Source: Hyphochytrium catenoides (Eukaryota > Protista > Hyphochytriomycota). Taken from it: 42,419 nt of DNA. The position numbers and the translations under genes are program-made. Every line of letters starts with the position of its first letter. The first letter of the stretch is position 1. The notes beneath the pieces are model-generated. The model made no database searches and was not told the DNA's origin. It was given only the letters and a program-made list of their open reading frames with translations. Location: the NCBI GenBank assembly GCA_900088475.1, contig FLMG01001782.1, forward strand, positions 1 to 42,419, read 5' to 3'. Positions 1 to 10,900 of this stretch are shown one piece after another.

Positions 1-141
1 TTCCTTCTTCTTGTGTTCTGTAGGATCTATCATACTAACTCATTCGGTAAAGCTTTTTCTCACCAACAAGACACAAGTGCAACTTAGCTAAGACTCTCGC
101 TCATACCGAGCATCCTCTGCGCGTTCACCACTCCGCTGTCG
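1..141 (+). repeat. 5' LTR, 3' portion
   Basis: Direct repeat of 1500-1637. It ends CTCCGCTGTCG where the 3' LTR ends CTCCGCTGACA. Confidence 0.92.
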
Positions 142-155
142 GGTTATGGGCCCAC
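142..155 (+). promoter_or_regulatory. Primer binding site GGTTATGGGCCCAC, complementary to the anticodon arm of initiator tRNA-Met (half-tRNA priming as in Drosophila copia)
   Basis: Sits immediately 3' of the LTR. Its reverse complement GTGGGCCCATAACC is the eukaryotic tRNA-iMet anticodon stem-loop. Confidence 0.9.
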
Positions 156-159
156 GCGG

Positions 160-325
160 ATTGTCCAAGGAAGGCTTTGGGTGAGTGGTCGTACCGCTAT
201 TATTAATGGCTTCGTAGTTATATAAAGCATTGGTGATGATAGATTCCCAAGTGAGTGGAGTGGTACCCAAAGCAAAGTTAGCCAGGGCAGGGTCGAAGAG
301 AGAACCGATAAGGCCGACGAGGACA
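160..325 (-). pseudogene. Inverted (antisense) copia gag-like fragment
   Basis: Minus-strand translation VLVGLIGSLFDPALANFALGTTPLTWESIITNALYNYEAIN resembles the LLxGL..Y/F......LT.E.L...L...E segment at the end of copia gag (Retrotran_gag_2/UBN2-like). Recognised by eye, not by HMM. Confidence 0.55.
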
Positions 326-581
326 CTCTCCTTGTCCCTTCCCTGTCGGCCACACTTCTCTCTTCTGTATCTCGGATGGTAAAGACATCTCCCGTCTATG
401 TGGTTTTTGAAGCCGGTAGGGCTACGATCTACGAGAGGGCCACAGACAAAGTTCTTACTACTGCTGTGGAGACCCCTCAAGGCCTTTACGAACTACGTTG
501 CACTGTACGCTCCCTTACAACTTCTTCCCCTTCCCTGCCCTTGCTAACCTTGGTTCCACGGCTGTGGCCTCTCCTACTATT
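322..581 (+). pseudogene. Copia protease C-terminus / gag-pre-integrase linker fragment
   Basis: DTLLVPSLSATLLSSVSRMVKTSPVYVVFEAGRATIYERATDKVLTTAVETPQGLYEL matches the copia pattern VLYVP.L..NLLSVS.L...G..V.F....C.I.......GLY.L. Confidence 0.75.
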
Positions 582-1113
582 TGCAACCATTTCCTTAGTT
601 GGGCGATAAGAGAGCTTGAGAACTCCAGCGCTAACCAGTTCCTTAATATGATGGTAGCTAACCCGTATGTGGCGTGAAGCAGACCGAATGACTTGATCAG
701 GTTCGCTCATAGCGACAGCTTGCTGATTGTCATTGTACAGAGTACTTGGTCCAGAAGGAGAAAATCCGAGATCAGTGAGTAAAGTGCGGAGCCAAAGGAG
801 AACCTTAGAGCTTTTAGAGCAGCTAGACAACATCACACTTTCTACTTCGGAATCTGAGTATTGCGGCTGCTCTAAAAGCTCTAAGGTTCTCCTTTGGCTC
901 CGCACTTTACTCACTGATCTTGGATTTCCTCCTTCTGGACCAAGTATTATGTACAATGACAATCAGCAAGCTGTTGCTATGAGCGAACCTGATCAAGTCA
1001 TTCTTCGGCCTGCTTCACGCCACATACGGGTTAGCTACCATCATATTCAGGAACTGGTTAGCAGCGCTGGAGTTCTCAAGCTCTCTTATCGCCCAACTAA
1101 GGAAATGGTTGCA
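582..1113. repeat. Long inverted repeat (arms 582-823 and 866-1113, 42-nt spacer)
   Basis: The reverse complement of 582-823 equals 866-1113 except for 7 substitutions and two 3-nt insertions. It also shows up as the mirror-image ORFs 486..962(-) and 727..1227(+). Confidence 0.97.
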
Positions 1114-1227
1114 GACATCTTCACTAAACGCTTACCTGCACCATTATTCCGCAGTCATCGTGATCGGATCATGGTTCCTATTGATGACAAGAAATTCTCT
1201 TCTTCATCATCATCATTTTCTTCTTGA
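824..1227 (+). pseudogene. Ty1/copia RNase H C-terminal fragment (end of pol)
   Basis: ITLSTSESEY...WLRTLLTDLG...YNDNQQAVAM...RHIRVSYHHIQE...YRPTKEMVADIFTKRL matches copia RNase H motifs (ALSTTEAEY, DNQ.A, KHI.V.YH, QLADIFTK.L). Confidence 0.93.
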
Positions 1228-1277
1228 CTTTATTTCTTTTAGTCATCATTATTATGACTATTGAATCTCTATTCGTC

Positions 1278-1286
1278 GAGAGGGAG
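1278..1286 (+). promoter_or_regulatory. Polypurine tract GAGAGGGAG
   Basis: Purine run directly abutting the TG start of the 3' LTR. Confidence 0.85.
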
Positions 1287-1637
1287 TGTTGGCGTTACGG
1301 TTTACTTTGCACTTAGGTCACTGCCTTTGTGTCGACTCATTGAGTTCAAGAGTCACCTTATCCTCAAGAGTCACTGATTAAGAGTCACTTCATCATTGAA
1401 CAGTCACTATCTTTCCTCATCCTATCATCATTACAACAGACTTTTGTCCTTCTCCATACAGTTCTTTAGTACTTGTTCTCCTATACTATTGTACTTGCTT
1501 TCCTTCTTCTTGTGTTCTGTAGGATCTATCATACTAACTCATTCAGTAAAGCTTTTTCTCACCAAGACACAAGTGCACCTTAGCTAAGACTCTCGCTCAT
1601 ACTGAGCATCCTCTGCGCGTTCACCACTCCGCTGACA
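1287..1637 (+). repeat. 3' LTR (351 bp, TG...CA)
   Basis: Starts TGTTGGCG after the PPT and ends CGCTGACA (imperfect terminal inverted repeat). Its 3' 138 bp repeat bases 1-141. The following TATCC (1638-1642) is the predicted 5-bp TSD. Confidence 0.9.
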
Positions 1638-2387
1638 TATCCAGCAGTAGCTAGCCAACTGGGCCATTCGTGCGACCGTGAACTAACGAACGGGGAGCCT
1701 TTGTGAAGAAGATAGGCACACTAAAAAAATTCGCTAAACGCTCAGCTGGGCGGGGACTGGCGGTCGTTTGCACGTAGATGTCTTTGGATGCAGGGTTAGC
1801 TTCCGAACTCACTAATTCCTTAAATTTTGTTGATAACCACATCCGATGAGCCTCCTATTTATTGAAAAGAAAGACACCACTGTGCGCAGACTGTTATTGA
1901 TTTCTATTGCCTCTGGGACACAATTAAGACTCGACGGCTGGGAGCTCGACCTATACCGAGGGGCAACACCTACATGGCAGAGTCATCAGTAGCCGTGCGG
2001 TGGTATCTATGAGGAGATGGCGGCACGGAGAGACGCAGCATCCGACGCTTGCGCCGAGCAATTCAATTCTCCTGGACCTGACTATATTTCTCGCCTTCAT
2101 AGATAACATTCAAGCTCTTGGTCAGAGTCATAGGTAGTTGGGAAGGCTGCTTCCTTTAGAAGAGTGCCAGCCGTCGCCCTGCCACCAGAGCTCTAACTTC
2201 CCTTGTTAGCAAAAGCAGGCGATGCTGCGCTGCTGATTCCGTCAGGCAGAAAGGAAGATAGAAGTTACATCTGGGCAATCAGTGCCTTTCAAAGCCTTAA
2301 CCGCTAAATGCTTGAATGACTGGGCTTGTCAGTCTATTGTACCCAAAGGTAAGCCACAGATGTTTCGTAAGGATCTTTTTTAAGAAG

Positions 2388-2390
<3 letters not shown>

Positions 2391-2418
<28 letters not shown>

Positions 2419-2507
2419 CCTCCCTCCCTCTCTCTCTTNNNNNNNNNNNNNNNNNNNNNNNNNNNNNNNNNNTCTCTCTCTCTCTCTCTCTCTCACTCAC
2501 ACACACA
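2391..2507. repeat. (CT)n/(CA)n microsatellite containing an assembly gap (N at 2439-2472)
   Basis: Directly visible. Confidence 0.97.
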
Positions 2508-2764
2508 AAAATCACTCTTCTCTCCCTCCCTCCCCTTCCCATCACGCTTGCCCCGTCATCAGACGCCGTTTCTTATCCTTACGTTGATCCTCCTCTCCTT
2601 ACTTCCTCTATCATTTCCTATCCTCCCCATCGCTCTTGCGAGTTCCTAAGAATCAGGCGCTTTGTCTCCAAAGACAAATTCCCACAGGCTTCACAGCAGG
2701 ACACAGCAGTCGTGGAAGAAGGGCGCCGCCGCCGTTGCTACCCAGTAGTTCCAGTCGGTACAGA

Positions 2765-4854
2765 ATGCAGCACTGCCGTCGCCGTCTTCTTAGAGTTGTA
2801 CGGCCTTGCTTGGCCCCTCAACAGTGCTCCGCGAGACCTCTCTCCAGTTCCACAAACGATTTACAGGCAGCTCTAGCTCGCTCATCCTTCGTTAGGCTAC
2901 GGGATAGAGCAGTTATTACTCTTAGGTGGCCGGCCTTCTTACTTTTCCTTCGCTCGATCGAGTGCTCTCTTCCAAAGCTTGTCTTGTTGTTCTTCTTTCC
3001 TGTCCATGAGCCTGCTTTCCCAACTCTATTTCCACCTTCTCTCTATCTCACACTTACTCTTCAGGGGTCCAGACTCTAGGCATTTTCTCCAGGGTCTCGC
3101 GACAAACGACATCAATCAGCTCACCATCGGGAAATCACTTTACACAGCCTTTCTAACTTCCAAAGGCCGCATCCTTCTCGATGCCGTGGCCCATCAGCTT
3201 CCGGTAAAGCTTCGCACTACCGTCATGCCTCTCACGGGCCCCTGCTTCTCTTTCTTAATGTTTGACGTTGAGGCTCTTTGCTCCTGACTCCCAAGATTCA
3301 TCTCTGAGTTTCTTAGTTCAAACCCTATCCCTATAGGCAGAAGGGGGCCAGGAAGTCGTCTGTCTAGATGTGGCCAAGGATCTACAAGGCGACGCGCTCA
3401 AACTCTTCCGCAGATACAAGCTCAGATCCAAGGTCTGTCCAAAGATCATCTACTTAGCTCTCTTCTATCCTGCACATGCTGGAGCTGTTACGCGATCTCC
3501 AATGTGGATGATAATCGATTGTCTCCAACTCGCCCTCATTGTCCAATGGGCATTGCTTACATCGCCTTTTCTGTCTTCTCTCTCATACCTTGACCATTCT
3601 TTCTTTCTCCAGGTAGATATCGTGGTTGAGGAGGAAACAGAAGTCATAGCTTCGCTCCCCAAGTTTGGACAGACTGTAGGCAGCGCTACTGATGGAGCTG
3701 TGGACACTGGGGGAGTTTGGGGCTTAGATCCACGAACGGCCTTTCTAGGGTACAGAGGCCTTGTCCGATCTCTTGGAGGTGAGTACTTGGAATAAGACGA
3801 AACAAGGAGCCAAACAAAGAGGTGCTCTCATGGACCAAGAGGAGGCCAGAGATAAGGTGCTGAACCTCGACAGCGAAAGGCGCATTCAGAAAGGAAACAC
3901 CAAGGGAAAGGGGGCTGATTTTAGTGGAGAACAGAGCTCCAAGGGCAGCTTTTGCGAGAGAGAGTGCAAATGGCTGGTACCATTCTGCAGCTGTCTAAGA
4001 CCGCTTTATACTCATAGGGTCGCCCCAACTGTTGCCACAAATAGAAGCAGCGAAGAAAGAAACAAAAGAAGAAGAAGATAAGTTCTATCATATTTTCCGG
4101 TCGCTTCTGGGCGTTGCCGAGGGGTAAGGATGTAAAGCTGAAGCACCGCTCCTGTCTCACTAAACTGAAACAGAGTCTGATCGGCGTTAGTGGTCTCTCG
4201 TTATTCTTCTCACATTGTCCTTTTTGGGCTTACCTAGCTGCTATGTCAGCCTAGCCCTACTGGCATGCCTCTTTCGGACTTTCTTTGGTAACCTCTAAGC
4301 TGTGATCTGCTACTAACAAGCTCTTCCTCATCCCTAGCTCTGAGTTGCGGGAGCGGATTCCCCTGGAATGCAATGTGGATCTTCTGCATGGCGTGAGCTT
4401 CTCCAAGGGATGTTACTTGGGCCAAGAGCTCATTGCCAGGACGCAGTTCAAAGGGAATATTAGAAAGAGAATTTTCCCCATTCTCTTTGTTTCGCTAGAA
4501 GCTGCCAATCAGGGAGAAGAATTGCCTGATATGTACCGTGGCTCTTACACAGCATTAACCGCTTCCACGTCTTCTTCGCCCCTTGCAACGGGGGAGACGA
4601 AGGATGTGCTTCTTCAGACAGAGAAAGGAGGAACTGGGAGTAAGGCCGGGACTATATTGCGCCTTAGACCTCATGCTAATGTCGGTTTGGCGATGCTGAG
4701 ACTGCAGAGCGTGCACGAGGTGACAGGCGCTGAAACTAGCCGTCTTATCTTTAGAGGGGGAAGAGAAGGAGAGGAGAAGGATTACAAGGTCATCCCACTA
4801 GTGCCTGAGTGGTGGCCGCAGATAGATGCAGAGACCGGAAAGCTAATTATTTAA
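2765..4854 (+). CDS. IBA57: Mitochondrial Fe-S cluster assembly factor IBA57/CAF17 (YgfZ/GcvT family), 6 exons
   Basis: Arg-rich presequence-like N-terminus ([14 protein letters not shown]), then [52 protein letters not shown] and the signature [22 protein letters not shown] introns keep frame. Confidence 0.93.
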
Positions 4855-4902
4855 ATAGGTTCAAATTAGTACAAGCCCTGCCCAAGCCAAGTCTCCATTC
4901 CC

Positions 4903-7900
4903 TCAGCAACCGGTTTCTTTGAGTTTTAGAGTCATCTTGATATTCATCCCTGCCAGTTCGTTCGCCAAGAATCTAAATACGTAGGGCATTGCCACGGCTC
5001 GGCACGTGTCGGTCCGGTCACACCTACGTACCAGGTTTTAAAAGGCAGAAGGTGACAGTGGAAAAAAAGGAGAACACGGCAGGACTTTGAAGCGCCAGCT
5101 AGATCGACAAAATTGATTGGCAAGACCAAGGGAATCCATGGGATACACAGACTGCTAAAGTTTGGCTTACCGCCGGCACGTTAGTCGTTCCCTTGAAGCT
5201 TTCTCCGCCACTGTGAGTGCCCCTTGTCCAGCGGTAGCAATGGTCTCTCTGACTGTGACTGGAGACAGCATACTTCCACAACGCGAGCAGACGTGTGCTA
5301 TGTGCTTGTCTGAGCAGTTCATCAATCGATCATGGAGGAGGAAGGCAGTTCCATGGCCAATCAAGGCATCTCTTTCCATCTCTCCGAAACGAATACCTGA
5401 GAAAGAAGAGGTAAACAGAGAGACTTACTGCCTGCGTCTGGTCATGAGGGTCAACAGCAGAAGATTGAGCGCGAGCAAAGGCTCATGGAGAGTGAGGCAG
5501 TAGCGCAGGCCTGGAAGGTGAGACTGTAGACCAAAAATTCCTAATAAAGAGGTAGCTTGCAGAGGAGAATAGCGAAAGAGCGTCCAGTACTAAGTAAATG
5601 CGCAACTGCGGGGATCGAATCCCCATGGTAATGTACCAAAGCCGCAAGTTCGCAGCAGTGAAACGACGAAGACAATATGATAAAGGAAGAGATGGAAGTA
5701 ATCTGAGCCCGCACCTCCATGCTTCTTTCTGCCCTTGATAGGTTGCCTGGTTAACGGGTTCACAGGCCCCGTGGCTCTTACTTGGCTCTTATCGCTAACC
5801 ATGTGCCTGAGTCGCTGATAGTACACCACCCCGATGTAGATGTCAGCGTGCATCACTGTGCCCGAGATGCCGCTGTACAGCGGCTCGCTGCCGTAGTAAG
5901 CATACCTGAAAGAAAGAAGGGTTACAAGCTGTTCTTTGCCCCTATCTATACCGACTACTGTTGACCCTATCAACCTCGCTCTTGCGGTGTCATTTCTCTC
6001 TCTCTCTTTGTAAGCCTCCCCCGGTCAAGAGTTCAAGAGTTAGTCCCGTAGCAGTGATATTACATACCCTGCTGCTCGAAGCTGCTCGCCGAAGTAATCA
6101 ATGGCGCGATGCTTCTCATGCCACTGGAATGGTGTCGCGTCCTGATACATCCCTGTCACACGGGAATAAGAATAGAAGTAAGAAAGAGTTGCGAACGGGT
6201 GTGATGAACTTGTGGACAGTCGAGTTAGATTAGGCCACAAGTAAAGCATGCAAGACGCTTGCATCACAGTGACTATGAGAAACTCTTAAACGCCCATGAT
6301 TTCCTCCCTTCTCGACCGCCCATTAGCATAAACACTGCATATTAGTGTCACGTACCGTGCAGTGCTCCAGCTTTTGCAGCCATGCTCTCTATTAACATTC
6401 CGATGGTCATTCGAGAAGGGAAAGCATGTGGGTTGATGATGACATCTGGAGTCATCCCAGACTCAGAGAAAGGCATGTCCGTCTGTGGCCAGAGTACGGA
6501 CATCACACCCTAAAGAGAGGAGGGATGTTAGAGGATTGAACGCACACTTCCGCACAAGCAACTTTTGCTGGCTATCAGCAGTCTCGTTCAAAATGCGGAC
6601 TACTGTGCTGTTTTTGGCAATCCTCACCTTCTGTCCGTGCCGACTACTGAATTTGTCGCCAACTATAGGGTTTCTCCTGTACCGAAGTTTTATGCCAAGC
6701 TTTTGTAGCTGCCCTCCGGCATCGTTGCCAAGCAATCGCACCTATTTAGGATGAAGAGGAAGAGAACGTTAGGCAATGAGGCGATAGGCCACGGACGTAG
6801 TCCGTAAATGATCCCCGCTTAGTGGATTGGGGAACACCAAAAGTTAGTCCAGGAATCGGACTAGAAGAGCCAACCTGATCAATGAAGGCCGGTTCGTGGT
6901 CCTTGTGCTTTCCTATCTTTGAGCTTCCGGTGACTTCGTCATATACGCAGTATAGAGGATCTCCTTCCTCTACTAGGGTTCCCACCTGAAGATAAGCCGG
7001 TGAGCTTGAGGGCAGTAATTCAACATTCTTTACCCCCTTGCCCGATTCATCTATTATATGCATCCCCTCCACATTGTCCGTTTCTTCTCTTATGCGAGTG
7101 CTCACCTCAGGGAGACCATCAGCGTCCAGATCCTCTGTAAACTTAGCCCCAGAGGCACCTTGAAGCCAATGAAGAAATAAGCGATCAGAATGCGGGATGA
7201 GATTACCTGCAGCAGTTAGTTGTTTCTTACCGCGTTGTGGCTTGATGTTAGAGAAGTACTTTTTAGGCTTCTCTCCTACCCTTCTTTTGTCATCTGTGAG
7301 ATCTACCACCAGATGCTTGTACACCGATGCATGACCAAATCCTCGTTCATAGCTGCTCTTGTTAAGGATCATAGCGTCTTCCATATCGTAGCCTTTTGTT
7401 CCCAAAGTGTGGCAGGGTAAGGGTTAGCGAGGCCGCAGGGTAGAAAGGTCATGAGCCACGACAAAGAACATGCAATTCCAAAAAGTGGTATGGGTAAGGG
7501 TTAGCGAGGTCGCAGGGTAGAAAGGTCATGAGCCATGACAAAGAACATGGAATTCCAAAAAGTGGTATGGGCAGCAAATGGGCTCCGCAAATGCGTGCTC
7601 TGTTCTTGAAGGGGCTCTCTCACCTGTATATGAGATAACTGCAACTACTGCGTTGGTTCCACTAGGATAGTCATCCATCTGGAACTGTGCATGTCGGCGA
7701 TTTTGCACTATAGGAGCCTATCATGCAGGTCGAAAGGTAGATGAAACGTTATCGAAGAGAGGAAAGTTAAAACGAGTGTTGAGACGTAAAGACCACCCAA
7801 CGTTCCAGTTTTGTTGATAGACTCACACTCGTTCCTTGACTTCTCATGTCCTCCTACTTCGCCCTCTGAAGTCACACATTTCACTTGCTTTTGCCTCACC

Positions 7901-10900
7901 TGCGGTGTCTGTATCCTGTACATCTTGTTGTCTGTGCGGTGGGGAATTGAGTGGCACGGTGTGCCCATCGTTTGCTTACCCATCTGGCATTGATACATAT
8001 TACGCGGACTCTGATTATAATCTATACCCCAGAAATTGGTGGAGATGAGGATCGGTCAGAATACAATCTTCTAAGTGCAATCACATGCCAACAAAGGTAC
8101 GACCAACTTTCGGCACATAAGTAAGATGTAGTGAGGTATGAGTCTATAAGGCCAGGCGTGTGGAGGAAGTAACAACTAGCCTCACCTGAGAAAGGAGTAA
8201 GAGAGGCAATGAGGGAAAGCATGTTTGTTGGATCCAGCTCCTGGTGTGTCGTAAGCTCATAAATATCCTCAGGTGTACAGCCAATCTCCATGAAGACCTG
8301 TTATACAATCAGTCAGTTCCTTTCGACAGCTTCCTAGTACACTTCTTGGGCTCTTTGGAGAGATGCAATAGATTCTGACCTGCTCCATGGGCCCAATGTA
8401 TTCTACTCCCTGGCTCCTGAGCTGAAGTACTGGTCGAATCAATCTAGCAGCTGCTGTAGCGAGGAATAGGCCAGGGTATGGACCGCCCCCACCTTCTTCT
8501 GGAAGGATTAAGCAGACCTCCATATCCGGGACTACTCCCTGTCAGAAGGATAGTGGAACGTGGAAGGGGTCAGGGGTTGTGTGACAATAAGCAAAGTTAC
8601 CAAGTGCATCACTAGGATAGCATAGAAGGCAAGGTTGGCCCCCAAGTAAAGAAAGATTTAACAGGTTTCGGTGTAGACATGCTTTGATTCAGAAGACAAC
8701 TATTTATAGGGATGGGGTAAAGGGAAAGGGTATTATCCAAGGTAAGCTGCGTTCTTATCGGCGTACTTACATTGTCCTTCAAATCTCTCGCAGCTCTTGC
8801 TCTCAGCAACTTGACCTTCAGCATTCTTAATGTACTTGCAATATCCTTGCAGACGTTAATGGGGGCTCCTCCAAGAATTCTCCCGTCAAGGGTGATCGTT
8901 AAGAAGTTAAACGGTAAGATGAGTCCACCGTCACTGTGGCCTCGGGCTGGGGTCATGCCTGTAGTTGGTGATTAGCGCTTGGAATCCTTAACAAGTCATG
9001 AATCAAGGCGCAAAGCGGACAGCAAGAGAAAATCAAGCAGTTTAAGGCAGGACGCTATCGATAGCGACATCGAGAGTCTATAATGATAGTCGGTTAAGCA
9101 CGAGTCCTCTGCCGTTGAGGGACAGGGCTGCACCTACCCAAGGAAACCAAAAACTTAGATAGCTCATCAACTTTCTCCCTCACTGTGTCCTCAGTAAAAG
9201 GGGGACGGGTAACCACTTTGCATTCTGCTGCTAAGTGATTAAGCAAGCCACAAGGCGAGCCATCTGGAGTATGGACAGGGCACAAAAATCCCCACGACTC
9301 TGGCAAGAGTTTTCGAGGTGATGTCGTTTTCATGGTCGTGAAGAATTGTCCTCTAAATAAGCGAACGGATACAGTCAGATAGTTGCAGGGTGAACCAAGG
9401 GAAGCAAACAGAAGAAGCGACACAGGACAACGGGCTGGGAAATTGGAAGGTGCGGTGTGCCAGAAGCACAAGATGATTATAAAAGATCATACCGGGTGAG
9501 AATTCACCCAGCAAAAAAGATCATGATAGGTCCAAAGGAGAATCACAATAGGTTGACCTCCTCCAGCTGCCTACCTGTGCACTGATCTGAAGTGCGAGAG
9601 ATATCGGTAATAATTTAGCTTCTCGGCGACAATAGTATATCCGCTCACTTGCATCATATCCAAACCGCTGCTACTCTTTAAGTTACCCGTGGCAAGAAGA
9701 TAGCCCAAAAGCCGCCCAATGTCCGCTTGACGGTCAATGACCTTTCGAAGGTAGGAAGAGTCCCCTATTGAGCCACGGACCTTGGCCTCGTCCATGCGAT
9801 ATTCCTTTAAGATCGTAGCGCGGACGGCACTAATATGGAAGTAGGGAGGAAGGAGTAAAGTGAGATCGCTAAAACAGACACGTGATAGGCATCGATAGTA
9901 AGTTAGACCAAGCAGCAGCCCAAGAGGTAAGCAGGGACAAAACAGTGTCGCACACCCCAACAGAGCAGAATAGTGAGGTACCTTAACATCTCCTCTAGCT
10001 TCTCTTTGATGAACATGAGGTAGAGATGTCCTGGCAGAAGCAGCTCGTGGTTCATGAGGACGTCAGGTCGATCCTCTGCCACATCTCCCTTAACAAAGCC
10101 AAAGAGTTTCCGCAGCATGAATAGCAAGAGCTCTACTTTCTCTGCTCGTCCTTGGTCTCCTTTCTCAATGTGGACAAAAATGAACCTATCAATTAGCAAG
10201 TTCCCCACTTCCACGTCGGTCATATCTTCTGGAATGTCTGGAATGACTACACGGAAACGGGAGCCCAAGTAGGCAAGGCACTCCATCTAGCAAAAATTGA
10301 CAGCAAGCGGTTAGAACAAACGCAGAAAGGCAGAGCTGGCAAGCTCTTTTGCAGTTTTACCTGTGTATAGAGCCCCCAACGCTTACTGTCTCGCAAAATG
10401 ATCTCTAATCGATCACTAAGATAGGTGTTATCTTTATCACCTCTGAGAGTCCGCTCATATATTTCTCTGGCGGACAGAAGAGTCAGAGCGATACAATTTG
10501 GTATTCGATCAGCAGTTTGGCAACTGGTATCAGCAGGAAGTGAAAAGAAGGTGCAGCATTGACGCCATGATATGATCCTGATGTGCACTCAGAACCAGCG
10601 GTCGCATAAAGAAAGTTACAGGAGAAGAGAGCCGACAGGAGCAAGATCTGTCGCCTCGCTGGGCCGAGGCAGAGAGTGTTTGTTTTTACCTGTCGGTAAG
10701 TGGTTTAAGCGCCTTCAAAAGAATGATCACCGGGATAAGGAACTCTTGCTTTCTCACAGAGAACCTAACTGTGGCGTTGCCGTCCTGAAGATAGTGAATT
10801 GTCACACTCACTCCACTCTGGTCTCTGCGCACGCATCGGATAACCACTGCTTTATCGCTGTAGGATGTGCCACGGTTGGCGAAGGAACCACGTTGAATGG

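Larger units (their letters stand above)
1..1637 (+). mobile_element. Non-autonomous, internally deleted and rearranged Ty1/copia LTR retrotransposon (5' LTR truncated by window edge)
   Basis: Bases 1-141 match 1500-1637 (5 substitutions plus one 3-nt indel). PBS directly follows the 5' LTR and a PPT directly precedes the 3' LTR. The internal ~1.15 kb carries copia protease/pre-integrase and RNase H motifs but no integrase core or RT. Confidence 0.93.

Noticed and set aside
486-1227. Two overlapping mirror ORFs (158 aa on -, 166 aa on +) as functional genes
   Set aside because: By-products of the RNase H fold-back; each is half antisense translation and half RNase H fragment.
1651-2390. Short ORF 1651..1842(-) and intergenic sequence as a gene disrupted by the LTR element
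   Set aside because: No recognisable motif or convincing splice structure.
2297-2876. ORFs crossing the microsatellite and N-gap
   Set aside because: Low-complexity (CT)n read-through across unknown bases with no family motifs.
7415-7427. GGGTAAGGGTTAG as interstitial telomeric repeat
   Set aside because: Only about two imperfect units; explained by the branch-point sequence on the minus strand.
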